32,000 nt of DNA from Demequinaceae bacterium (GCA_965250005.1 OZ252279.1:1500001-1532000); one strand, 5' to 3'. Shown: positions 24,625 through 32,000, numbered from the stretch's first letter. The notes: generated from the letters alone by a model not told the origin. Program-made: numbers and translations.

Positions 24625-25098
24625 ATGCAGAACATCACTGAGATCAAGGACTACCTCCCCGAGCACCCGTTCTTTGAAGGAATGGATGCGTCGCTGCTCG
24701 AGTTCCTCGCGGGATGCGCGACCAATGTGCACTTCAAGCCTGGGGAGATCGTCTTTAAAGAGGGTGACCCCGCCGACACGTTCTACGTGGTGCGCAAAGG
24801 GCGCGTGGCGATTCAGGTCCACGACCCAGCCGGAGGGGGGATCCTCGACACCGTCGAGGGCGGCGGCGTTGTGGGCTGGACATGGCTGGTACCGCCCTAC
24901 CGCTGGCTTTTTGACGCAATCGCGTCCGCTGAGACGAGTGCGGTCGCGTTCGACGGCCAGTGCCTGCGCGACAAGTGCGAGGCCGACCCGTCGGTGGGCT
25001 ACGTCCTCATGCAGCGCGTCGCGATGGTCATGTACGACCGGCTCGAGGCAGCGCGGCTGAGGCTGCTAGACCTCTACGGCGACAAGGAGAAGGAATGA
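24625..25098 (+). CDS. Stand-alone cyclic-nucleotide-binding-fold (CAP effector domain-like) protein, no DNA-binding domain
   Basis: 157 aa. FFEGMDASLLEFLAGCATNVHFKPGEIVFKEGDPADTFYVVRKGRVAI fits the cNMP beta-barrel start. It ends in a helix (RLEAARLRLLDLYG) with no HTH. The stop overlaps the gamma-subunit start (ATGA at 25095). Confidence 0.8.
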   Translation: MQNITEIKDYLPEHPFFEGMDASLLEFLAGCATNVHFKPGEIVFKEGDPADTFYVVRKGRVAIQVHDPAGGGILDTVEGGGVVGWTWLVPPYRWLFDAIASAETSAVAFDGQCLRDKCEADPSVGYVLMQRVAMVMYDRLEAARLRLLDLYGDKEKE

Positions 25099-25973
25099 CC
25101 ACGGACGTGACTGATGCGGCGGGCCTCGCCACGAACGACGGTCCTATGGTTCCGCGCCGGTTCCGGCTGCTCAGCAACCGCAAGGACACGCACGACACTC
25201 ACACACTCGAACTGGAACCAATGGACGGCGGGCCGCTCGAGTTCGCTGCGGGGCAGTTCACCATGCTTCAGGCATTCGGCGTGGGCGAGGTGCCCATATC
25301 CATCAGCGGCGACCCCGTGGGAAGCGGCGAGGCTGGTGCTGGCCCGCTGGTTCACACCATCCGCGACGTGGGCGGAGTCACGTCTGCGCTCGTGCGCGCT
25401 GAGCCCGGATTGGTCATGGGCGTCCGTGGCCCGTTCGGCACCAGCTGGGATGTGACGGACAGCAAGGGCCGCGACGTGGTCATCATCACCGGGGGGATCG
25501 GTCTCGCGCCCCTGCGCCCCGCAATTCTGGAAGTGCTCGCGGACCGCGACGCTTACAACAACGTCGTGCTGCTCTACGGAGCTCGCACGCCCGCGGACAT
25601 CCTCTACGGCGACGAGCTCCGCAAGTGGGAAGGCTTGCGCGGTGTGGACGTCGAGGTGACGGTGGACAACGGCCCGTACGATTGGCGCGGTCGAGTGGGG
25701 TTCGTGACGCAACTGATCAAGCGGGCTGAGTTTGATCCCACGAATACGCTCGCGCTGGTGTGCGGCCCTGAGGTGATGATGCGAGCGTCGGCGACGGGAC
25801 TTGCCGATCGCGGCGTGCCCGCCAGCGAGATCCGGCTGTCGCTTGAGCGCAACATGAAGTGCGGCATCGGGCTGTGTGGGCACTGCCAGCTTCGCGAGCT
25901 CTTTGCTTGCGTGGATGGTCCGGTCCTGACTTACGAGCGACTCGAGTCGCTCATGAAGCTACGGGAGTTGTGA
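25095..25973 (+). CDS. hyhG: Hydrogenase gamma subunit, AsrB/PyrK-like FAD/NAD(P)-binding 2Fe-2S oxidoreductase
   Basis: Ferredoxin-reductase-type fold ([32 protein letters not shown]) and a C-terminal cluster motif [11 protein letters not shown]...C. Start at ATG 25095, not ORF-track position 24960. Confidence 0.9.
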   Translation: MTTDVTDAAGLATNDGPMVPRRFRLLSNRKDTHDTHTLELEPMDGGPLEFAAGQFTMLQAFGVGEVPISISGDPVGSGEAGAGPLVHTIRDVGGVTSALVRAEPGLVMGVRGPFGTSWDVTDSKGRDVVIITGGIGLAPLRPAILEVLADRDAYNNVVLLYGARTPADILYGDELRKWEGLRGVDVEVTVDNGPYDWRGRVGFVTQLIKRAEFDPTNTLALVCGPEVMMRASATGLADRGVPASEIRLSLERNMKCGIGLCGHCQLRELFACVDGPVLTYERLESLMKLREL

Positions 25974-26809
25974 TGACGACCAAGGACAAGCCCAAGCTCG
26001 CAGTCTGGAAGTTCGCCAGCTGCGACGGCTGCCAACTGACTTTGCTGAACTGTGAGGACGAGCTCCTCGACGTCGCGGGAGCGGTCAATATCGCCTACTT
26101 CCCCGAGGCCACGCGCGCCGTGGTGCCGGGGCCGTACGACGTGTCGCTCGTCGAAGGATCTGTCACCACTCCGGAGGACGCCGAGCGGATTCACGAGATC
26201 CGCGAGGCCTCCGGGGTGGTGGTCACCATTGGCGCCTGTGCGACGGCAGGCGGCATTCAGGCGCTGCGCAACTGGGCAGATGTTGAGGAATACCGATCGG
26301 TGGTCTACGCCCACCCCGAGTACCTGTCGACGCTCGAGCGGTCGTCGGCCATCAGTGAGCACATCAACGTGGACTACGAGCTGCGCGGCTGCCCCGTGGA
26401 TAAGCGGCAGCTTCTGGAGGTTCTCGCCAGTTACCTGCAAGGCCGCAAGCCGCGCATCCCTACGTACTCGGTCTGCGTCGAGTGCAAGAAAAAGGGCAAC
26501 GTGTGTGTCGCGGTCGCGACAGGCACGCCGTGCCTAGGCCCTGTGACGCAGGCCGGTTGTGGCGCGCTGTGTCCGTCGTTTGCTCGCGGGTGCTACGGCT
26601 GCTTCGGCCCGCAGGACACCCCGAACACGCCCTCGCTCGCGAACCAGTTGGTCGAGCTGGGGATGAGCGACGACGACGTGGCGCGGGTGTACCGAACGTT
26701 CAACGCTGAGGCGACGCCGTTCCGAGCCGAGAGCGAGGCGAGAGCCGCCGCGGGATCTGGGCGCGTCGCCGCCAGCCAGCCCGCCGACGCGAAGGGGGCA
26801 GCATCATGA
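25973..26809 (+). CDS. hyhS: [NiFe]-hydrogenase small (delta) subunit, group 3 type
   Basis: [38 protein letters not shown] and a C-terminal Cys-rich region ([13 protein letters not shown]...[18 protein letters not shown]...GCYGCFGP). No Tat signal, as expected for cytosolic group 3. Its ATG overlaps the gamma-subunit stop (TGATG). Confidence 0.9.
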   Translation: MTTKDKPKLAVWKFASCDGCQLTLLNCEDELLDVAGAVNIAYFPEATRAVVPGPYDVSLVEGSVTTPEDAERIHEIREASGVVVTIGACATAGGIQALRNWADVEEYRSVVYAHPEYLSTLERSSAISEHINVDYELRGCPVDKRQLLEVLASYLQGRKPRIPTYSVCVECKKKGNVCVAVATGTPCLGPVTQAGCGALCPSFARGCYGCFGPQDTPNTPSLANQLVELGMSDDDVARVYRTFNAEATPFRAESEARAAAGSGRVAASQPADAKGAAS

Positions 26810-28113
26810 CGCACACACTCAAAGACGGTGGACAGGTCCTCAACGTGGGCATGCTCGCACGCGTCGAGGGCGAGGGCGGCATGCACATCGAGATCAAGGA
26901 CAAGGTGGTGCAGTCCGTCAAACTAAACATTTTCGAGCCGCCGCGGTTCTACGAGGCCTTCTTGCGGGGCAGGAAGTACACGGAGCCGCCGGACATCACG
27001 GCGCGTATCTGTGGCATCTGCCCGGTTGCGTATCAAAGCGCGTCCACGGAGGCGATCGAAATGATCGGAGGCGCCGTGACCACGCCCGCGATCCAGGCGA
27101 TGCGGCGGCTGCTGTATTGCGGCGAATGGATCGAGAGTCACGCGCTCCACATCTACCTGCTCCACGCTCCAGACTTCCTCGGAGCGGAATCGGCTATCGA
27201 ACTCGCTGGCGACCACCCTGACGTGGTCAAGCGCGGCCTGCGGCTTAAGAAGGCTGGCAACGACCTCATGGAACTCACCGGTGGACGCGCTATACACCCA
27301 GTGAACGTGCGCGTGGGCGGCTTTTACCGGATGCCAACCAAGGCGGAGATGCTCGCGCTGCGACCGGCGCTTGAAGAAGGGCTTGTCGACGCGCTCGCGA
27401 CGGTGCAGTTGGTCTCGACGTTTGACTTTCCAGACATGGAGCAGGACTACGAGTACGTCGCGCTGCGCCACCCGGACTACTACGCGATCGAGCGCGGTAC
27501 CGAAGTGGTGTCGTCCTCCGGGACGAGATTCCCCGTGCACGAGTTCCCCGAGCACATCAAGGAATTCCACGTGGAGCACTCGAACGCTCTGCACGCGAAG
27601 TTCGACGGCAAGATGTACATGGTCGGTCCGCTCGCGCGCTACTGCCTCAATTACGACCAGCTGAGCGACACGGTCAAGGAGGCCGCGGCCGCCGCTGGTC
27701 TGGACACCACGTGCCGCAACCAGTTCAAGTCGATCATCGTGCGTTCGCTCGAACTGATGTATGCATTCGAAGAGTCGCTGCGCATTATTGACGAGTGGTC
27801 CGACGGACCCGCGGCCTTCGTGCCCGTCGAAGGCAAGGCCGGCGAGGGCATTGGGGCGTCCGAGGCGCCGCGCGGAACAATCTTCCACCGCTACGTCACA
27901 GATGCTGACGGCATCATCACAGACGCGCAAATTGTGCCACCCACGTCGCAGAACCAGCCGAGCATCGAAGCAGACATGCTCAAGGCCGCGCAGCAGTGGG
28001 TCGACATGGACGACCATGCGCTCACCCACCGGTGCGAGCAGGCAATCCGCAACTACGACCCGTGCATTTCTTGCGCGACGCACTTCCTCGACCTCAGGGT
28101 TGAGCGATCGTGA
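26806..28113 (+). CDS. hyhL: [NiFe]-hydrogenase large (alpha) subunit
   Basis: N-terminal ARVEGEGG and RICGICP (27004-27024); C-terminal DPCISCATH (28057-28083) followed by a 9-aa tail, FLDLRVERS. Both Ni-binding Cys pairs are present. Confidence 0.95.
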   Translation: MTHTLKDGGQVLNVGMLARVEGEGGMHIEIKDKVVQSVKLNIFEPPRFYEAFLRGRKYTEPPDITARICGICPVAYQSASTEAIEMIGGAVTTPAIQAMRRLLYCGEWIESHALHIYLLHAPDFLGAESAIELAGDHPDVVKRGLRLKKAGNDLMELTGGRAIHPVNVRVGGFYRMPTKAEMLALRPALEEGLVDALATVQLVSTFDFPDMEQDYEYVALRHPDYYAIERGTEVVSSSGTRFPVHEFPEHIKEFHVEHSNALHAKFDGKMYMVGPLARYCLNYDQLSDTVKEAAAAAGLDTTCRNQFKSIIVRSLELMYAFEESLRIIDEWSDGPAAFVPVEGKAGEGIGASEAPRGTIFHRYVTDADGIITDAQIVPPTSQNQPSIEADMLKAAQQWVDMDDHALTHRCEQAIRNYDPCISCATHFLDLRVERS

Positions 28114-28649
28114 TTGCCGACGAGGGTGCCGGGCGCCGCGCGGCGGCGGGCCTTGGGCGCGCGCGCGGGCCCATAGTCGTTGGGCTCGGCAGCCCCGGTC
28201 GCGGCGACGACGCCATCGGCTCCACTGTTGCCGCCGCCATAGCGCGGCTCAAACTTGTAGACGTCGAAGTGGTCACCAACGAAGACCCGACTGCCCTAGT
28301 CCACCTGTGGGACGGGACGCGATTCGCGGTGGTGATCGACGCGATTATGTCGTCTCGGCGACCCGGAGCGCTCGTGGTGACGGAAGTCGGCAAGGGCCGC
28401 CCGCCGCTCCCCGAATCGTCATGGGGGAAGACGGGCCGGGGCGGGACGCACGCGTTCGGGCTCGCGGCTGCGGTTGAACTATCTCGCTCTCTGGATTGCC
28501 TGCCCCACCGGGTGGTGCTTGTAGGCGTCGAAGCGAAGAGTTTCGAGCACGGAAGTCCCATGACGCCGCGTGTTGAGTCGGCGGTTTCGGGGGCCGTGGA
28601 ACGCGTGCTTCAGGCGCTGGCGGGCGCGTCCGTCGGGAGCGACGCCTAA
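28110..28649 (+). CDS. Hydrogenase maturation endopeptidase (HycI/HoxW-like)
   Basis: VVGLGSPGRGDDAIG fits the G.GN...GDD..G protease motif, with a later VVIDA and a GTHAFGL block. GTG 28110 overlaps the large-subunit stop (GTGA). Confidence 0.85.
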   Translation: MIADEGAGRRAAAGLGRARGPIVVGLGSPGRGDDAIGSTVAAAIARLKLVDVEVVTNEDPTALVHLWDGTRFAVVIDAIMSSRRPGALVVTEVGKGRPPLPESSWGKTGRGGTHAFGLAAAVELSRSLDCLPHRVVLVGVEAKSFEHGSPMTPRVESAVSGAVERVLQALAGASVGSDA

Positions 28650-28900
28650 TGTGCTTGGGCGAGGTGTGCGAGGTCCGCGAGGTCAGCGCCGACGGGTCCG
28701 TGTTCGTTCGCGGCACGTACCGGGACCAGGTTGTCCAACTCATGACGCTGCCGGGCGACGCCGCGACCCCAACGGTCAAGGTTGGCGACTGGCTAGTGGT
28801 GCATGCAGGCTTCGCGATCGGGAAGCTCACACCGGAAGAAGCCAAGGACGCGTTAGACATCCGCAGTACTCAAACCCCTTGCGAGGAGGAAGCACAATGA
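28649..28900 (+). CDS. hypC: Hydrogenase assembly chaperone HypC/HupF family
   Basis: Starts MCLGEV (essential N-terminal Cys after Met) and contains GDWLVVHAGFAIGKL, the canonical HypC motif. Its ATG overlaps the protease stop (TAATG). Confidence 0.9.
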   Translation: MCLGEVCEVREVSADGSVFVRGTYRDQVVQLMTLPGDAATPTVKVGDWLVVHAGFAIGKLTPEEAKDALDIRSTQTPCEEEAQ

Positions 28901-29832
28901 CCGGTACCAGGAGAAAAGGCATAATGTTGGCGCTTGCCACGGCCTGCATCAGCGGGTTCGCGATCTTCCTCAACGGAAACGGAGTTCGGGCCTTCGGGAG
29001 CCCTGCTAGCTACACCACGGCGAAGAATGCTGTGGCGGCGCTGGCTTTGATCCTGATCGTCGCGGCCACGTATCGCGCAGGCACACGGCTGACCAAACCG
29101 TCAGGCGCCCGCCAGTGGATTGGAGTGAGTTCTGTTGCGGTGATCGGCGGCGCGGTGCCATTCGTGCTGTTCTTCGAAGGACTCGCGCGGGCGTCATCCA
29201 CCCAGGCTGCGGTGGTCCACAAGAGCCTGGTGATCTGGGTGGCTCTGCTCGCTGTGGTGTTGCTTCGGGAAAAACTCAAGTGGCCCCATTTCTTGGCCAT
29301 CGGGTCAATTGTCGCTGCGCAGATTGGGCTCGCTGGCGGCGTGGGCAACCTTGCGGCGCTCGCCATCGACACCGGTGTGTTGATGATCTTGGGCGCGACG
29401 CTGTTGTGGTCAGTCGAGGTAATCGTGGCCAAGCGCCTGTTGAAGACCCTCACGCCTTGGACTCTGTCGATAGCCCGCATGGGAGGCGGTGCCGTGGTGC
29501 TGCTGGCATGGTCGGCTGCGCAGGGTGCGCTTGGCTCCGTCGTTCCGTCAACATTGGCGCAGTGGGGGTGGGTGCTGCTGACCGGCCTCCTGCTCGCGGG
29601 CTACGTCATGACATGGCACCACGCGCTCGCGAGTGCGCAGGCCGTTGATGTGACGGCCGTCCTTGTGGTTGGGGTGCTCATTACCGCAGCCCTCAATGGC
29701 GTTTTCAAGGGAGCCGATGTGGCGGCCCAGTTGCCGTCTTACTCCCTCATATTTGTGGCTGGCGCACTCCTGGTTTGGAACGGACTTCGCCCTCCCGTCG
29801 CGCTGTCTCCCGTACAACGGACGCCCGCCTAG
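28897..29832 (+). CDS. EamA/DMT-superfamily permease
   Basis: 311 aa from ATG 28897, which overlaps the hypC stop (ATGA). About ten hydrophobic helices in two similar halves, typical of EamA-domain transporters. The ORF-track extension back to 28570 overlaps the protease and hypC genes and is rejected. Confidence 0.8.
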   Translation: MTGTRRKGIMLALATACISGFAIFLNGNGVRAFGSPASYTTAKNAVAALALILIVAATYRAGTRLTKPSGARQWIGVSSVAVIGGAVPFVLFFEGLARASSTQAAVVHKSLVIWVALLAVVLLREKLKWPHFLAIGSIVAAQIGLAGGVGNLAALAIDTGVLMILGATLLWSVEVIVAKRLLKTLTPWTLSIARMGGGAVVLLAWSAAQGALGSVVPSTLAQWGWVLLTGLLLAGYVMTWHHALASAQAVDVTAVLVVGVLITAALNGVFKGADVAAQLPSYSLIFVAGALLVWNGLRPPVALSPVQRTPA

Positions 29833-29841
29833 GGGTGCGCG

Positions 29842-30603
29842 ATGACCACCGACGTACTCAGGTTCAGCCGGTACGCGTACCCTCCGAACGCGCTCGGGTA
29901 TTGCGGGCCGGATCACCCGCAGCAGATCCTCGAGCAGGTGTCCGCTGGAGAGGCGGATCACGAGCTGCGATGCCTAGCTCAAGGCTTCGAGGGCGCATGG
30001 CCCTATTTGGAGCTCATCGCGGGCGCGAACGGCATTGCGGACCCACTGGACGACCGGGTGGTTGAGGCCTACTGGATCGGCAATGGGTTACTCGATCGAG
30101 TGGGCGCCACGTTGATGGGTAACTCCATGGAGGATCGCTTCAAGCGGCGCGCGGGGCCAGCCTGGAAAAGGCTGATCGAGGCGGTGCCTGCGGGTGCGGT
30201 GCCACATCACTCGTTTCACGTTTTTGGCGTCTATCCCTGGCTTGGATTGCTGCGCGAGGGTGGACGGGCAGAGCCCCTCAAGGTACTTGATCAATGCCGG
30301 ATTCGCTGGGGACAAGTGATCGAGATCATGGGCGACCGTGCGCTGGTGCGTTCGCGTCCGCTCGCGTGGGACGGACGTCAGTTGACCGTGGGACCTGCAA
30401 AGTTGGAGAAGGCAGTGCTGGGAATGGGTGGACACAGTCTGGCCGGGATGCCCGCGCCCGGCGACTGGGTGTCGCTGCATTGGGATTGGGTGTGCGAGCG
30501 CATCAACGCGGTGCAACTCATCAACTTGCGCGATTACACGATGAGCCAGCTCGCCTGCATCAATTCCCTGGCCTTCTCGGCGCCCGCGACAGTGCTTTCG
30601 TAA
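29842..30603 (+). CDS. Conserved hypothetical protein: N-terminal YAYPPNxLGYCGP domain fused to a HypC-like C-terminal domain
   Basis: 253 aa. Residues ~152-235 (nt 30295-30546) read C-RIRWGQVIEIMGDRALVRSR...PAPGDWVSLHWDWVCERINAVQLINL. This parallels HypC (C-IGVPGQI....A.V......GDWVLVHVGFAI....EA...L). I associate the N-terminal domain with a DUF family found next to hydrogenases, but this is unverified. Confidence 0.7.
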   Translation: MTTDVLRFSRYAYPPNALGYCGPDHPQQILEQVSAGEADHELRCLAQGFEGAWPYLELIAGANGIADPLDDRVVEAYWIGNGLLDRVGATLMGNSMEDRFKRRAGPAWKRLIEAVPAGAVPHHSFHVFGVYPWLGLLREGGRAEPLKVLDQCRIRWGQVIEIMGDRALVRSRPLAWDGRQLTVGPAKLEKAVLGMGGHSLAGMPAPGDWVSLHWDWVCERINAVQLINLRDYTMSQLACINSLAFSAPATVLS

Positions 30604-30628
30604 ACGGATCACAACCTAAGGAGCAACC

Positions 30629-30919
30629 ATGCATGACCCTCATGAAGCCCTCAGCACCGCGGCGGTGGTGGGCACGAGCATGCTCGCGATTGGCGGCGTC
30701 GGAGCAGTCCTGCGCTACGCCACCGCCAAGGGTGTCAGGATCCCAGTCCTGCTTGCAGGATCGACCGGCGCTGGTCTTCTTGTCGCGCACGGCCTCGAAG
30801 CGCCGATACTCGGAGCGGAAATTTTCTCCGTCGCGGGCCTCGCGATAGTAGCCTCATCCGCGGTCGCGCTCACTTGGTTGTCTCTCCCCTCGCGTAGATT
30901 GAGCCGCGCGGGTGCGTAA
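30629..30919 (+). CDS. Small membrane protein (3 predicted TM helices), N-terminus MHDPHE
   Basis: Strong RBS (ctaaggagcaacc) before the ATG. 96 aa with three hydrophobic stretches and a basic tail (PSRRLSRAGA). No family recognised. Confidence 0.5.
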   Translation: MHDPHEALSTAAVVGTSMLAIGGVGAVLRYATAKGVRIPVLLAGSTGAGLLVAHGLEAPILGAEIFSVAGLAIVASSAVALTWLSLPSRRLSRAGA

Positions 30920-30958
30920 CCGCTACGTGGGCGGGTGACGAAAGCGCGCCGGGCAAGC

Positions 30959-30987
30959 AAAAAGGCCCGGCTCCTGCGCGCCGGGCC
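30959..30987 (-). terminator. Intrinsic terminator for the minus-strand dsrE/tusE-like operon (hairpin shared with the convergent hydrogenase operon)
   Basis: ggcccggc (30964-30971) and gccgggcc (30980-30987) form an 8-bp GC stem with an 8-nt loop. On the minus strand it is followed by TTTTT (30963-30959). It lies 19 nt past the stop at 31006. Confidence 0.5.
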
Positions 30988-31005
30988 CCTCGCTAGAAAG
31001 TTGCG

Positions 31006-31551
31006 CTAGATGAACAGCGTCTGCGCGTCTACTGACAGATCCATGAAGTCGGCCGCCGTGATGATGTCTTCGACGTCATCGCGCAGGTCGTTCATGCCAA
31101 GCCCCTGCATGTCGGCACTCATCTGGCAGCCCCACAATCGTCCACCTGCGGCCGTGATCTGATCGAGGAAGTCTGGGACGGGCGGGATACCTAGGTCCGA
31201 AATAGACTTCTCCATCATCTTGGTTGCCATGGGCTGCATGCCCGGCCAACCCGCCATCCATTGAGGGAAGCGGATGTCTCCCACAGGGAGATGCATCGCG
31301 GTGTTGCCCACGGGCGTGAACTTGAGGTTGTGCTGCCTCTTCTTGTGAATGAGGTCGAAGCCCCAGAAGGTGAAGAAGATCTCGACGTCGATGCCCTCGA
31401 CCAGTGCGGCGTTACCGAGCACCAGGCCCGGGTACGCCATGTCCAAGTTGCCCTTGGAGCAGATGAGAACGAGTTTGCGGTCGCCCCCGTCGTCTCCGAA
31501 GTCAGGGACAATCGTCTTGGTCTTCGGCTTGCTTGCTGTTGCAGTTGCCAT
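31006..31551 (-). CDS. DsrE/DsrF/DrsH-like family sulfur-carrier protein
   Basis: Start at ATG 31551 (RBS gaggaaacc), not ORF-track position 31704. KLVLICSKGNLDMAYPGLVLGNAAL, IFFTFWGFD and the conserved Cys context RLWGCQMSADM...FI-end match the DsrE_2-type fold as I remember it. Confidence 0.8.
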   Translation of the reverse strand: MATATASKPKTKTIVPDFGDDGGDRKLVLICSKGNLDMAYPGLVLGNAALVEGIDVEIFFTFWGFDLIHKKRQHNLKFTPVGNTAMHLPVGDIRFPQWMAGWPGMQPMATKMMEKSISDLGIPPVPDFLDQITAAGGRLWGCQMSADMQGLGMNDLRDDVEDIITAADFMDLSVDAQTLFI

Positions 31552-31567
31552 GGTTTCCTCTCGTGGC

Positions 31568-31882
31568 TCAGACGCAGCCGGCTGGCTTGGGCAGTCCTGC
31601 GACGTACGCCATCTTCTTGGCGGGCTTCTTGGGGAACAGTTCAAACTGGAGCTTGACGGGGAAGCCGCCAACGGTGTTGACGCGACGTGTGGTGGCGGTC
31701 GCACCCTGGGCCTTGTAGTCGTCGCGCAGGAAGTGAATTAGGTCCCACGCCTGCTCGTTCAACTCGATGCCGATCTGTGAGGCGAGTTCAGCGCCCAGCT
31801 CGTCGTCCCATTCGTCGTACTCGGTGAGGAACCCCTCATCGTCTACGTGGACCTCGCGGCCCTTGAGTGTTGTCGTGGCCAT
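31568..31882 (-). CDS. TusE/DsrC/DsvC-family sulfur-relay protein (single C-terminal Cys, TusE-like)
   Basis: 104 aa. VDDEGFLTEYDEWDDELGAELA, WDLIHFLRDDY and the diagnostic C-terminus GLPKPAGCV. It lacks the second Cys found ~10 residues upstream in true DsrC. RBS gaaagga. Confidence 0.85.
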   Translation of the reverse strand: MATTTLKGREVHVDDEGFLTEYDEWDDELGAELASQIGIELNEQAWDLIHFLRDDYKAQGATATTRRVNTVGGFPVKLQFELFPKKPAKKMAYVAGLPKPAGCV

Positions 31883-31895
31883 GATGTGTCCTTTC

Positions 31896-32000
31896 TCAGG
31901 CCGGGGTGGATTCTTTGGACTTTGCCCGTGTGGGTTGCCGCTTGCCCTTCATGGACATGTGTGGAGACATAGGGATGTAGCGCCCTGGGAGCAACAGCGC
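31896..32000 (-). CDS. 3' end of an unidentified upstream gene (partial, runs off the right edge)
   Basis: The minus-strand frame is open from the window edge (...ALLLPGRYIPMSPHMSMKGKRQPTRAKSKESTPA*) and stops at 31896-31898, 13 nt before the tusE-like start. Too short to identify and could be non-coding. Confidence 0.25.
   Translation of the reverse strand, partial: ALLLPGRYIPMSPHMSMKGKRQPTRAKSKESTPA

Noticed and set aside
28570-28896. Upstream extension of the EamA permease ORF (track start 28570); likewise the upstream extensions of the gamma (24960), small-subunit (25859), cNMP (24370), DsrE-like (31704), Qor (18555) and DUF6174 lipoprotein (17580) ORFs.
   Set aside because: The extensions overlap the preceding well-supported genes in another frame and encode Arg-rich junk. 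Internal ATG/GTG codons that overlap or closely follow the preceding stop (some with a visible RBS) give products starting at the expected family N-termini.

Overview
High-GC, actinobacterial-type chromosomal window with about 35 credible genes. All calls come from reading motifs by eye and from the ORF track; no searches were run.

Left edge: the 3' part of an IS3-family element (OrfA tail, a C CCA AAA -1 frameshift heptamer, DDE OrfB). It is followed by a compositionally atypical islet holding a probable gene remnant and a lipoprotein.

Middle of the window, in order:
- metE with a ~330-nt leader
- an MFS transporter and a lipoprotein
- a 2323-aa DUF11-repeat surface protein with a signal peptide and a non-canonical LAASG-type sorting signal
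- an apparent three-gene operon: an APH-fold protein whose catalytic Asp/Asn are substituted, then a KhtT-like regulator and a KhtU-like CPA2 K+/H+ antiporter
- two DUF6174-like paralogues
- a DUF937 protein with a near-perfect 69-bp tandem duplication
- a quinone oxidoreductase, an FAD monooxygenase, a second (intact) APH-like kinase and a nonsense-interrupted small gene

The most interesting block is 23.45-30.9 kb, a ten-gene, mostly overlap-coupled group-3b-type (sulfhydrogenase-like) [NiFe]-hydrogenase operon. It carries unusual passengers:
- a stand-alone cNMP-fold protein lacking the nucleotide-contact residues, placed between the beta and gamma subunits
- an EamA permease coupled to hypC
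- a 253-aa protein whose C-terminus looks like an internal HypC domain
- a small membrane protein

Right edge: a convergent TusE/DsrC-like plus DsrE-like sulfur-relay pair.

No CRISPR array, rRNA, convincing tRNA or recognisable defence system was seen. The hydrogenase passengers are the best candidates for undescribed biology.
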